Part shown: positions 27,454 through 37,302 of the stretch, in pieces
Layout: every line of letters begins with the position of its first letter
How positions within the stretch are numbered: position 1 is the stretch's first letter
From: an uncultured Roseburia sp.
GTDB taxonomy: Bacteria; Bacillota; Clostridia; Lachnospirales; Lachnospiraceae
Assembly: GCA_964387365.1 (NCBI GenBank)
Contig: CAYLWP010000001.1
Coordinates: 11,595 to 75,594 of the forward strand
Reading direction: 5' to 3'
Length of the DNA: 64,000 nucleotides
Made by a program: the position numbers and the translations under genes
The notes under the pieces: model-generated
The model's database searches: none
What the model was told of the DNA's origin: nothing
The model's input: the letters and a program-made list of their open reading frames with translations, nothing else

Positions 27454-30015
27454 TTGAATCCGAAGGAATTATTACAGCATGCGGCAGGTGATGTGAAGCA
27501 TGTGAGAAGAAATACGATTATTCAAATAGTGATAGCTACGTTTGCGTTTATTTTGCTATGCCGTGTCTGGCCGATGGGCTTAGTACAGCGTTATACAGAG
27601 TCTCTTCAGCAGGCTTATTCGTCTGCTGAAGAGATGACGGGAGATACCTTTACTTATGCAGATAAGAAGCTGCAGACAGTGCGTTTTACACAGGAGCATA
27701 TTTATCAGGTGATGCTGTATCTGTCTTGTAGTGAAGAATATAATGAGAATGAAGATTACGCCATGTTTCGCCTTTATGATGATTCCTTTTCCTGTATCTA
27801 CGAAGAAACACAGGGATTCGGATTATTGGAACGACAGGGTGGCTTTTTAGCGACACCCGATATGGATGTGATGACAGGCAGGGATTATTATTATGAAGTG
27901 CTTGTTCCGGAAGAGGCAGAAGGAAGCTTGTATTTACCGGTTGCAGAGAAGACAATGCTTGTTCAATCGGAAAATACGATTTTATATGTAGATGGTATTT
28001 ACAGGGATGATATTTCCCTGATTGCAGATTTTACGTATTCCAAGGAACTTACCGTATTGCATGTGATAGGTTATGATTTACTGATTCTGGCGCTGGCAGG
28101 ATTGCTTTATCTGGGTATCCTGTGGAGCCTTTATCATTTTGAAGATTATCTAGATACAGCGGTAGCTTATGGAAGAAAAGTGGCAATCGTGCTTGTAGTG
28201 CTTGCGGCAATTGCCTTTTTTGTCTTTGCTGTAATTATGAATGGTTTTGGCGGAGAAGCAGCGGACCGCGTTGTATATGCGATAGCAGCGGTTACAGCAG
28301 TTGCATGGTTTATCTGTGCAATCCGTACATCGGGAAGTGAGAGAAAGGAATCGAAGCTTTCAGCAGAAAAACAGGCTTCACTGATTAGACGTAACTATAT
28401 TCAGACAGTAAGCTTTGCGTTATTATTTTATGCACTTTGTCAGTATGTTAATGCAGACAGAGAGTATTTTCATTGGGTAAATACAAGGTGGATGCTAATC
28501 TTTTTTGGCATTGCCCTGTTGATGATACAGACCGGAAAAGAGCTTTGTAATTATATGAATGTCATCTGGCTTGGTATTTCACTAATCGGTTCTGTGATAT
28601 ATTGCTATGGTGTAGAGGGTGAGCAGGAGCTTTATCTTGCAAAGCTTGCAGCCGCAGTAACTGTTGTGTGGGGCTTGGTTGTTATTAGTACCCTCAGACA
28701 GGTAAAGAAAGATTTCTGGAAAACAATATATTGGCCATTCCTTGCTGTATGGCTTGTTTTTGTCATATTTATGTGGGTAAACCGCTTTGATAAGGTATGG
28801 GTATTTGTTGCTGTATTACCATTTTTATCATTGCTTTTTCTGAATCTGAGTGCAGCAGGGAAAAGCCGGTTGCTGAAGAACTTCACAAACGGAATTCTTC
28901 TTAGCTTCGGGCTTGTTATGCTGTTTTGTCTTGTACACAGACCATATCATTACTGGATGAGATATCGTTATAACGGTATCTTCCATACTGTGGCGTGTAC
29001 CGGTATGTATCTGGTGGTAGTATCCGGTGCGGTGATTGGGAAGCTCTATGGAAAGTGGAGAGAGAGCGGTAAGCTTCTGCAGATTGCGAAGCTAGAGCTG
29101 TTTATACTGGCGGCATTGGTTGCAAATATCTTTCTGTCCATGTCAAGAACAGCCCTATTAACCTTGAGTGTAAATCTGTTGTTAGTAGCTATATTGGCAG
29201 CAGTTTCCTATAAAAAAAGAATCAGACAGGTATTTTTGGAGCTGTGTCTGATGGGGATTGCTATTGTAATCAGCTTTCCTTTGATGTATTCTGTGATAAG
29301 AGTGGTTCCGGCAGTGATTAATGATCCCATCCGTTACGAACTTGAACCACAGGACAGAAACTACATGATTTATGAGGGCGATAAGATTGACTCTGATAAA
29401 TATATGACGATAGGACGTTATTTTACTGTATTTTTTGGCAGATTTCGGACAGAAGAGGAAGAGGCAAGAGATACGATTAATATAGAAAGCGATACAACAC
29501 TTCTTGCATACATAGGAAAGAGTTCATTGCCGGTAAGTCTGCCTTCGGCACAGGAAGATAATTATGTTCTTGAGCAGCAGAGTGATGTGTCTAATGGGCG
29601 CTTTGATATATACCGGGTTTATTTGAAGAATCTGACCCTGAATGGGCATGAGACAATGGAACCGGAGGAAACCCATTATGGTCATGCACACAATTCTTAT
29701 ATACAGGTTGCTTATGATTTTGGTCTGATAGCAGGTATAGCATTTCTGATTTTATGCGCTGTTACGTTATGGCGGTCGGTTGTGTTGGCATATCGGTATG
29801 GGAAAAATTACGATATTTATTTTGTACCGTTTTCCCTGATTATTGTATTTGGCTTTACCAGCCTGACGGAATGGGCGTTCCATCCATGTATTCCAATAGG
29901 ATTTGCATTTTTGTTTGTGCAGATACTGTTGTTACAGAAACCATGGAGTCGCAGGAACAGTAGCGGTGATATGAGAAAAATACCGGGGGAGACAATTGCG
30001 CAGCAGGCAGAATAA
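27454..30015 (+). CDS. Large O-antigen-ligase / O-oligosaccharyltransferase-like (Wzy_C) membrane protein with an extra N-terminal extracytoplasmic domain
   Basis: RYNGIF, LSMSRTA, SNGRFDIY and HAHNSYIQVAYDFGLIAG motifs of the WaaL/PglL family, many TMs, about 850 aa. Start position uncertain. Confidence 0.7.
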   Translation: MNPKELLQHAAGDVKHVRRNTIIQIVIATFAFILLCRVWPMGLVQRYTESLQQAYSSAEEMTGDTFTYADKKLQTVRFTQEHIYQVMLYLSCSEEYNENEDYAMFRLYDDSFSCIYEETQGFGLLERQGGFLATPDMDVMTGRDYYYEVLVPEEAEGSLYLPVAEKTMLVQSENTILYVDGIYRDDISLIADFTYSKELTVLHVIGYDLLILALAGLLYLGILWSLYHFEDYLDTAVAYGRKVAIVLVVLAAIAFFVFAVIMNGFGGEAADRVVYAIAAVTAVAWFICAIRTSGSERKESKLSAEKQASLIRRNYIQTVSFALLFYALCQYVNADREYFHWVNTRWMLIFFGIALLMIQTGKELCNYMNVIWLGISLIGSVIYCYGVEGEQELYLAKLAAAVTVVWGLVVISTLRQVKKDFWKTIYWPFLAVWLVFVIFMWVNRFDKVWVFVAVLPFLSLLFLNLSAAGKSRLLKNFTNGILLSFGLVMLFCLVHRPYHYWMRYRYNGIFHTVACTGMYLVVVSGAVIGKLYGKWRESGKLLQIAKLELFILAALVANIFLSMSRTALLTLSVNLLLVAILAAVSYKKRIRQVFLELCLMGIAIVISFPLMYSVIRVVPAVINDPIRYELEPQDRNYMIYEGDKIDSDKYMTIGRYFTVFFGRFRTEEEEARDTINIESDTTLLAYIGKSSLPVSLPSAQEDNYVLEQQSDVSNGRFDIYRVYLKNLTLNGHETMEPEETHYGHAHNSYIQVAYDFGLIAGIAFLILCAVTLWRSVVLAYRYGKNYDIYFVPFSLIIVFGFTSLTEWAFHPCIPIGFAFLFVQILLLQKPWSRRNSSGDMRKIPGETIAQQAE

Positions 30016-30028
30016 TGAGGAGTATATT

Positions 30029-31900
30029 ATGAAATTGCTGAATCGGATAAACAGACAGCTGTTACACAGAAGAATAGTCTTAATTATCATGGATATCATG
30101 ACAGTATGTGTGTCAAGTATTGCACCGTTATGGTTGCGATTTGAGTTTAAATATAAGGATATACCGGATATTTACTTAAATTCAGCCTGGGATTTTATGC
30201 TGATTAATGTTGTGATAGCATTAATAATATTCTATTTTTTCAAGCTATACCATAGCCTGTGGGCATTTGCAGGACCTGCGGAGGCACAGAATATTGTGGC
30301 TGCGTGCTTTTTGTGTGCATTACTTAATTTTGGCGGCATGCAGATTTTGGATTATCCGATTCCAAGAAGCTATTACTTCTTATATGCCATGATACTAACC
30401 GTAATTACAGTTTGTGGAAGATTTTCATATCGTATTCTGCGAGGTATCAAGCATAAACGACAGAATAAGAAAAATGGAATTAAGGTCATGGTAATCGGTG
30501 CCGGAGAGGCTGCCAATACGGTAATCAAGGAAATCGTAAATAGCAGCTACAGTACGATGACAATCAAGTGCATTATCGATGATAATCCGATGAAATGGGG
30601 ACGTTTCATTCAGGGAATCAAGATTGTCGGTGGTCGTGATAAAATTGTGGAATACGCGGCATTTTACGGCGTCGATGAGATTATGCTGGCGATTCCGTCA
30701 GCGAGCAGGGCAACAATGAAGGAACTGGTAGAAATTTGTCAGGAGACAAACTGTAAGCTTCGTACCCTTCCCGGAATCTATCAGCTGGTAAACGGCGAAG
30801 TTAATGTCAGCAAGCTTCGAGATGTAGATGTGGAGGATCTTCTTGGAAGAGATCCGATTAAGGTTGATATTGATTCTATCTTAAACTATGTAAAGGATAA
30901 AGTGATATTAGTAACCGGTGGCGGCGGCTCTATCGGAAGTGAGCTTTGCAGACAGATAGCAGGACATCAGCCAAAACAACTGATTATTGTAGATATTTAT
31001 GAAAACAATGCCTATGAAATACAACAGGAGCTGAAGCATAAGTATCCTTATCTTGACCTTGTGGTGTTAATTGCTTCTGTCAGAAATACAAATCGTATGA
31101 ATCGTATTATGTCAGAGTATCATCCGGATATTGTTTACCATGCGGCAGCGCATAAGCATGTTCCTCTGATGGAGGACAGTCCGAATGAAGCAATCAAGAA
31201 TAATGTATTCGGTACCTGGAAGACTGCGCAGGCAGCAGTACAGAACGGTGTAAAGAAGTTTGTTATGATTTCCACCGATAAGGCGGTAAATCCAACAAAC
31301 ATCATGGGTGCTTCCAAGCGTATCTGTGAGATGATTATTCAGACCTATAACAGACATTATGATACGGAATTCGTAGCCGTACGTTTTGGTAACGTACTTG
31401 GCAGTAACGGAAGTGTGATTCCGTTATTCCGCAAGCAGATTATGGAGGGAGGACCTGTAACGGTTACCCATCCTGATATTATCCGATATTTCATGACAAT
31501 TCCTGAAGCGGTTTCCCTTGTATTGCAGGCAGGTGTTTATGCCAAGGGAGGCGAGATTTTCGTACTTGATATGGGAGAGCCGGTTCGTATCCTGGACCTT
31601 GCAAAGAACTTAATTCGTTTATCCGGATATAAGGTAGACGAGGATATCAAGATTGAGTTCACAGGACTTCGTCCGGGGGAAAAGCTTTACGAGGAGCTTC
31701 TGATGAATGAAGAGGGACTTACGGACACGGAGAATAAGCTGATTCATATCGGTAAGCCGATAGAATTTGACGAGACAAAGTTCTTTGCACAGCTCAACGA
31801 GCTGCAGCGGGAAGTAGATGAGGAGTGTATTGATATCCGCCCAATGATACAGGAAATCGTACCAACCTATGTTCCAAGGAAAAAAACTGAGGAGCAGTAG
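30029..31900 (+). CDS. pglF: Membrane-bound UDP-GlcNAc 4,6-dehydratase (PglF/CapD/EpsC family)
   Basis: Four N-terminal TMs, VIGAGEAA, EDLLGRDP, TGGGGSIGSELCRQ, HAAAHKHVPLME, STDKAVNPTNIMGASKR, GLRPGEKLYEEL. Confidence 0.88.
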   Translation: MKLLNRINRQLLHRRIVLIIMDIMTVCVSSIAPLWLRFEFKYKDIPDIYLNSAWDFMLINVVIALIIFYFFKLYHSLWAFAGPAEAQNIVAACFLCALLNFGGMQILDYPIPRSYYFLYAMILTVITVCGRFSYRILRGIKHKRQNKKNGIKVMVIGAGEAANTVIKEIVNSSYSTMTIKCIIDDNPMKWGRFIQGIKIVGGRDKIVEYAAFYGVDEIMLAIPSASRATMKELVEICQETNCKLRTLPGIYQLVNGEVNVSKLRDVDVEDLLGRDPIKVDIDSILNYVKDKVILVTGGGGSIGSELCRQIAGHQPKQLIIVDIYENNAYEIQQELKHKYPYLDLVVLIASVRNTNRMNRIMSEYHPDIVYHAAAHKHVPLMEDSPNEAIKNNVFGTWKTAQAAVQNGVKKFVMISTDKAVNPTNIMGASKRICEMIIQTYNRHYDTEFVAVRFGNVLGSNGSVIPLFRKQIMEGGPVTVTHPDIIRYFMTIPEAVSLVLQAGVYAKGGEIFVLDMGEPVRILDLAKNLIRLSGYKVDEDIKIEFTGLRPGEKLYEELLMNEEGLTDTENKLIHIGKPIEFDETKFFAQLNELQREVDEECIDIRPMIQEIVPTYVPRKKTEEQ

Positions 31901-31937
31901 AGATATCATTTATAACAAGAATGGAGGCGTTGTAATT

Positions 31938-33074
31938 ATGGCAGAGCAGAAGAAAAGAATCTTTTTATCAACCGCTACCATACACGGAGAGGAACAGAAA
32001 TTTATACAGGAGGCATTTGATACCAACTGGGTAACAACCCTTGGACCAAATGTAACGAAATTTGAAGAGGAAATGGCAGCTTATACAGGCTGCGGTCACG
32101 CAGCGGCATTAAGTGCAGGAACAGCGGCGATTCATCTGGCAATCAAGCTTCTGGGAATTGGGCAGGATGATGTGGTACTTGTTTCTTCTCTGACCTTTGC
32201 AGCGACCTGCAATCCAATTACTTATGAGAAGGCGAAGCCGGTATTTATCGATTCGGAGCCGGATACTTGGAATATGTCTCCCAAGGCTCTCAGAAAAGCC
32301 TTCGAAAAATATCCGAATGTCAAGGCAGTCATCCTTGCACATTTATATGGAACACCGGCGAAGCTTGATGAGATTATGGAAATCTGCGCTGAGCATAACG
32401 TTCCAATCATCGAGGATGCGGCAGAGTCTCTCGGTTCCACCTATAAGGGACGGATGACAGGAACCTTTGGAAGAATCGGTATCTATTCCTTTAACGGTAA
32501 TAAGATTATCACAACCTCCGGTGGCGGTATGATGGTGTCCAAGGAAGAAGAGCTGACTAAGAAGGCAACCTTCCTTGCAACGCAGGCAAGAGATGCGGCA
32601 AGACATTACCAGCATACACAGATTGGTTATAACTATAGAATGAGCAATATTGTTGCTGGTGTCGGACGCGGACAGCTCTTACATATTGAGGAGCATAAGC
32701 AGTTAAAGAATGCAATCTACAAGCAGTATCAGGAAGGCTTTTCAGGTATCGAAGAGATATCCATGAATCCGATGAATCCGGACGGTGATGCCAATAACTG
32801 GTTATCCTGTATCCTGCTTAAGGAAGGCTGTAAGGTAACACCAAACGAGATTATGGATGTATTGGAAGCTGAGAATATTGAATCCAGACCAATCTGGAAG
32901 CCGATGAATCTTCAGCCCGTCTATGCAGACTGTGATTTTTTCAACCATAATGAGGAAGGAATCAGCGTTGGTGAGGATATCTTTAACAGAGGTGTCTGCA
33001 TGCCAAGCGATATCAAGAATACACCGGAAGACATGGAGCGTATTATTACTACGGTACGTAAGTTATTCGAATAA
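31938..33074 (+). CDS. pglE: PLP-dependent sugar aminotransferase (PglE/EpsN family)
   Basis: AFDTNW, SAGTAAIHLA, EDAAESLGS, SFNGNKIITTSGGGM, GYNYRMSNI, ESRPIWKPM. Confidence 0.85.
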   Translation: MAEQKKRIFLSTATIHGEEQKFIQEAFDTNWVTTLGPNVTKFEEEMAAYTGCGHAAALSAGTAAIHLAIKLLGIGQDDVVLVSSLTFAATCNPITYEKAKPVFIDSEPDTWNMSPKALRKAFEKYPNVKAVILAHLYGTPAKLDEIMEICAEHNVPIIEDAAESLGSTYKGRMTGTFGRIGIYSFNGNKIITTSGGGMMVSKEEELTKKATFLATQARDAARHYQHTQIGYNYRMSNIVAGVGRGQLLHIEEHKQLKNAIYKQYQEGFSGIEEISMNPMNPDGDANNWLSCILLKEGCKVTPNEIMDVLEAENIESRPIWKPMNLQPVYADCDFFNHNEEGISVGEDIFNRGVCMPSDIKNTPEDMERIITTVRKLFE

Positions 33075-33132
33075 AGAAATGCGCAGTTAACATGCAGACC
33101 AAAAGAAAACATTGATTTGAAAGGATGCAGCG

Positions 33133-33789
33133 ATGTATCGCAAATATATAAAAAGATTATTGGATATTGTAATTTCGCTTGTGGCATTGATTGTGCTAAG
33201 CCCGGTTTTACTAATCGTTGCCATCTTAGTCCGCTGCAAGCTTGGTTCACCGGTTATCTTTCATCAGGAAAGACCGGGATATAATGAGAAAATATTTAAG
33301 CTTTGCAAGTTCCGCTCCATGACGGATGCACGTGATGAAGAAGGCAATCTTCTCCCTGATTCCGTACGACTTACGAAGTTCGGCAGAATCCTTCGTTCAA
33401 CCAGTCTGGATGAGCTGCCGGAACTTTGGAATATATTAAAAGGTGATATGAGTATAATAGGACCGAGACCGCTGCTTATCAGCTATTTACCATATTATAC
33501 GGAAGAAGAAAGACTGAGGCATACGGTAAGACCGGGGCTTACAGGACTTGCTCAGGTGAGTGGAAGAAATCATCTTGATTGGGATAAAAGATTTGCGACG
33601 GACGTAGAATATGTCAAGAATCTGACCTTTGCGATGGATGTAAAAGTTTTTTTTCTGACAATAAAAAAGGTATTTATTCGTGAAAATATCGAGGTGGATA
33701 CGAATCAGATAGAAGGAAACTTTGCTGAAATCAGAAAGGCAAAATTGGAGGCTGCTAGGCAGAAAGAAAAGGAGCAGGCAGCGAATTAA
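33133..33789 (+). CDS. pglC: Small monotopic phosphoglycosyl transferase (PglC/EpsL family)
   Basis: KRLLDI, KLGSPVIFHQERPG, KFRSMTD, LRSTSLDELPEL, GPRPLL, RPGLTGLAQVSGRN. Confidence 0.85.
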   Translation: MYRKYIKRLLDIVISLVALIVLSPVLLIVAILVRCKLGSPVIFHQERPGYNEKIFKLCKFRSMTDARDEEGNLLPDSVRLTKFGRILRSTSLDELPELWNILKGDMSIIGPRPLLISYLPYYTEEERLRHTVRPGLTGLAQVSGRNHLDWDKRFATDVEYVKNLTFAMDVKVFFLTIKKVFIRENIEVDTNQIEGNFAEIRKAKLEAARQKEKEQAAN

Positions 33790-33807
33790 GAAAGAAGGGG
33801 TAAAGAC

Positions 33808-34779
33808 ATGAATCTGTTGATTTTAAGCTGTGGCACAAGAGATAAAGTGGTTCAGTACTTTAAGAAGGCTTTTGCCGGTGAGGGAAGAGTAATTTGTACG
33901 GATTGCAGTCCATATGCCCCGGCATTATATGAAGCAGATGAACATTATATTGTTCCGAGAATTACGGAGCCCGGATATATGGATCAGGTTTTCGATATAT
34001 GTCGCAAGGAAAATATCACAGGTGTATTATCTCTGATAGATCCGGAACTGTCTCTAATCGCAAAGCATGAAGAGGAATTTGGAAAGCTTGGCGTAACAGT
34101 AATCGAATCTTCCTATGAGCTTTGTGAGAGAACCCTGAATAAATGGGAAATGTACTGCTGGATGAAGGCACATGGATATCCATGTGCCAAGTCCTATATT
34201 ACATTAGAAGCCTTTTATGAGGATTGGGAAAAGGGTGAAATCAGTTTTCCGGTATTTGTAAAGCCGATGAAGGGAAGTGCAAGCCTGCAGATTTCCAAGG
34301 CTGAGGACAGAGAAACGGTAGAATTGTTATTTTCCCATGGGGATCAGATGATGATTCAGGAATTTATGACCGGTCAGGAAATCGGAGCAGATGTTTATAT
34401 AGATTTGATAAGCAATGAAGTGGTATCCATCTTTACCAAGAAAAAGCTTGTTATGCGTGCGGGAGAGACCGATAAAGCGATTTCCTTCCGTGATGAAAAG
34501 CTCTTTATGCAGATTGAGAAGTTTGTAAAGGAAAATGGATTCCGAGGACAGATAGACATTGATATCTTTGAACAGAGCGGTGTGTACTATTTCTCAGAGG
34601 TGAATCCAAGATTCGGTGGCGGATATCCGCATGCTTATGAATGTGGTGCAGACCATATGACTATGATTAAAAATAACCTTGCAGGCAAAGCAAATATGCG
34701 TCAAATCGGCAGCTATGCCACGGATAAGGTTATGATGAAATACAATGAAATCATGATGGTTGATTGTGTAGATGCTTAA
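33808..34779 (+). CDS. ATP-grasp ligase (carbamoyl-phosphate-synthase-like, glycan-locus type)
   Basis: NLLILSCG, APALYEAD, FVKPMKGSAS, IQEF..GQE, MRAGETDK, EVNPRFGGGYP. Confidence 0.85.
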   Translation: MNLLILSCGTRDKVVQYFKKAFAGEGRVICTDCSPYAPALYEADEHYIVPRITEPGYMDQVFDICRKENITGVLSLIDPELSLIAKHEEEFGKLGVTVIESSYELCERTLNKWEMYCWMKAHGYPCAKSYITLEAFYEDWEKGEISFPVFVKPMKGSASLQISKAEDRETVELLFSHGDQMMIQEFMTGQEIGADVYIDLISNEVVSIFTKKKLVMRAGETDKAISFRDEKLFMQIEKFVKENGFRGQIDIDIFEQSGVYYFSEVNPRFGGGYPHAYECGADHMTMIKNNLAGKANMRQIGSYATDKVMMKYNEIMMVDCVDA

Positions 34780-34817
34780 CCGGAAGATTTCGATTGGTGC
34801 TTGGAAGGATAAGGAAC

Positions 34818-35912
34818 ATGAAAAAGGTATTAATCCTTGCGAACTCTGCAAGCGGATTATATGATTTTAGAAATGAACTCTTACTGAGCCTGTTACAGGA
34901 CTATGAGGTACATGTAAGCCTCCCGGATGGGGACAAGGTGCCACAATTGGCCGAGGAAGGATGTAAGGTTCATCATACGCCGATTGACAGACGTGGTATG
35001 AATCCGGTCAGAGATTTCGGACTGTTGTGCTCCTATTGGAAGTTGATTGGCAAGGTACAGCCGGATGTGGTTCTGACTTATACCATAAAACCTAATATCT
35101 ATGGCAATCTGTGCTGTAGAATGAAAAAAATACCCTACATCGCCAATATCACAGGACTGGGTTCTGTTTTTGAAAATGGCGAAATGGTGCAGAAATTGGT
35201 GGTTTTCCTCTATAAAACGGCTTTGAAAAAGGCATCCTGTATCTTTTTTCAAAATACAAAGAATAGAGAAATCTTTGAGCGTTGTGGCATTAGTGGAAAA
35301 AAGGCGAGACTGGTATCAGGTTCCGGAGTAAATCTTGACAGACATATATTTGAGGAATATTCTTCTAAAGAGGACAAAATAGTGTTCCTATACGTAGGAA
35401 GAGTTATGAAGGAGAAGGGCATCGAGGAGCTGCTTTATACTGCTAAAAAGATTCATGACGAGTATCCGAATGTGGCATTCCGTTTGGTTGGTAATTATGA
35501 GGATGACTACAAGGATATTATAGAACAGTATGAAAAGGATGGAATCCTTGAGTTAATCGGATATCAAAAAGAAATCCATCCCTACTATAAAGAGGCATCG
35601 GCAGTATTGATGCCAAGTTATCATGAAGGCATGTCAAATGTCATTCTCGAGGCAAGTGCAACGGGAAGACCGGTGCTGGCATCCAATATCCCCGGTTGTC
35701 AGGAAGGCTTTGATGATGGCATTACAGGTATCGGATTTTCGGCAAGAGATAAAGAAGCACTGCTTGCGGCTGTCAGACGCTTTCTGGCACTTTCTTATGA
35801 GGAAAGAGTGCAGATGGGAAGCGCTGCCAGAGCAAAGGTGGAACGCGAATTTGACCGTAAGCAGGTAGTAAATGCTTACCTGGAAGAAATAGGCGCAGTA
35901 AGCAAATCATAG
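34818..35912 (+). CDS. GT4 glycosyltransferase (PglA/CapM-like)
   Basis: YDFRNEL, IDRRGMNP, YTIKPNIYG, ITGLGS, GSGVNL, PSYHEGMSNVILEA. Confidence 0.88.
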   Translation: MKKVLILANSASGLYDFRNELLLSLLQDYEVHVSLPDGDKVPQLAEEGCKVHHTPIDRRGMNPVRDFGLLCSYWKLIGKVQPDVVLTYTIKPNIYGNLCCRMKKIPYIANITGLGSVFENGEMVQKLVVFLYKTALKKASCIFFQNTKNREIFERCGISGKKARLVSGSGVNLDRHIFEEYSSKEDKIVFLYVGRVMKEKGIEELLYTAKKIHDEYPNVAFRLVGNYEDDYKDIIEQYEKDGILELIGYQKEIHPYYKEASAVLMPSYHEGMSNVILEASATGRPVLASNIPGCQEGFDDGITGIGFSARDKEALLAAVRRFLALSYEERVQMGSAARAKVEREFDRKQVVNAYLEEIGAVSKS

Positions 35913-35984
35913 AGATAAATGATTTCAAAATAAATAATAAGAAAGGTGAATAGTGTAACCGCTATGCACAGATAGGAGACAAAG

Positions 35985-37301
35985 ATGAGCTTATATGAAG
36001 ATATTGTAAGTGGAAAAGAGAAAGTATCATTAGTAGGACTTGGCTACGTTGGCATGCCGATTGCTGTTGCATTTGCAAGAAAGATTAAGGTAGTAGGTTT
36101 TGACTTAAACGCAGCAAAGATTGACTTATACAAATCAGGCGTTGATCCGACCAATGAGGTTGGTGATGAGGTAATTAAGAATACGACCGTAGAGTTTACC
36201 GCAGATCCTACTAAGCTGAAGGAAGCTAAGTTCCATATCGTAGCAGTACCGACACCGGTAAATGATGACCATACACCGGACTTAACCCCGGTTGAGGGAG
36301 CCAGCAGAATCTTAGGACAGAATCTCACAAAGGGTTCTATTGTCGTATTTGAATCTACCGTATATCCGGGCGTAACAGAGGATATCTGTGTTCCTATTTT
36401 AGAGAAGGAATCCGGACTTAAGTGCGGCGTAGACTTTAAGATTGGCTATTCACCAGAGCGTATCAATCCGGGTGACAAGGTACACAGACTTGAGACCATT
36501 ACCAAGATTGTATCCGGTATGGATGAGGAAACACTTGATGAGGTAGCTAAGGTGTACGAGCTGGTAGTAGAGGCAGGTGTATACCGTGCTGAGAGCATCA
36601 AGGTTGCAGAGGCGGCCAAGGTAATCGAGAACAGCCAGCGTGATATCAATATCGCATTTATGAACGAGTTATCTATCATCTTCAATAAGATGGGTATTGA
36701 TACCAAGTCTGTACTTGCGGCAGCAGGAACCAAGTGGAACTTCTTAAACTTCCAGCCGGGACTTGTTGGAGGACACTGTATCGGAGTAGACCCGTATTAC
36801 TTAACCTACAAGGCTGAACAGTTAGGATATCATTCACAGATTATCCTGTCAGGACGTCGTATCAACGATGATATGGGTAAATATGTAGCGGAGAATTTAG
36901 TAAAGAACTTAATCAAGGCAGATATTCCGGTTAGAGGAGCTAAGGTTGCTATCCTTGGATTTACCTTTAAGGAGAACTGTCCTGATACCAGAAATACCAA
37001 GATTATTGATATTTATAAGGAGCTTCAGGAATACGGCATTACTGCTGTCGTAACGGATGATAACGCTGATGCTGCTGAGGCTAAGAGATTATATGGTATC
37101 GAATTTGTTCCGATGGCAGAGATTAAGGATTGTGATGCAGTTATTCTTGCAGTAGCGCATGAATCTTATAAGAGCCTTGAAAAGAAGGATATCGATGCTC
37201 TGTACGCTGCTAAGAATAAAATTAAAGTATTAACAGACTTAAAGGGCATTCAGGATAAGAAAGCATATCAGAATGCAGGTTATATTTATTGGAGATTATA
37301 G
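35985..37301 (+). CDS. wbpO: UDP-N-acetylhexosamine 6-dehydrogenase (WbpO/TviB-like)
   Basis: [69 protein letters not shown]. Confidence 0.88.
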   Translation: MSLYEDIVSGKEKVSLVGLGYVGMPIAVAFARKIKVVGFDLNAAKIDLYKSGVDPTNEVGDEVIKNTTVEFTADPTKLKEAKFHIVAVPTPVNDDHTPDLTPVEGASRILGQNLTKGSIVVFESTVYPGVTEDICVPILEKESGLKCGVDFKIGYSPERINPGDKVHRLETITKIVSGMDEETLDEVAKVYELVVEAGVYRAESIKVAEAAKVIENSQRDINIAFMNELSIIFNKMGIDTKSVLAAAGTKWNFLNFQPGLVGGHCIGVDPYYLTYKAEQLGYHSQIILSGRRINDDMGKYVAENLVKNLIKADIPVRGAKVAILGFTFKENCPDTRNTKIIDIYKELQEYGITAVVTDDNADAAEAKRLYGIEFVPMAEIKDCDAVILAVAHESYKSLEKKDIDALYAAKNKIKVLTDLKGIQDKKAYQNAGYIYWRL

Positions 37302-37302
37302 A

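Noticed and set aside
35938-35958. RBS-like AAGGTG followed by GTG-TAA (start-stop mini-ORF or relic of a lost gene)
   Set aside because: Too short to distinguish from chance.
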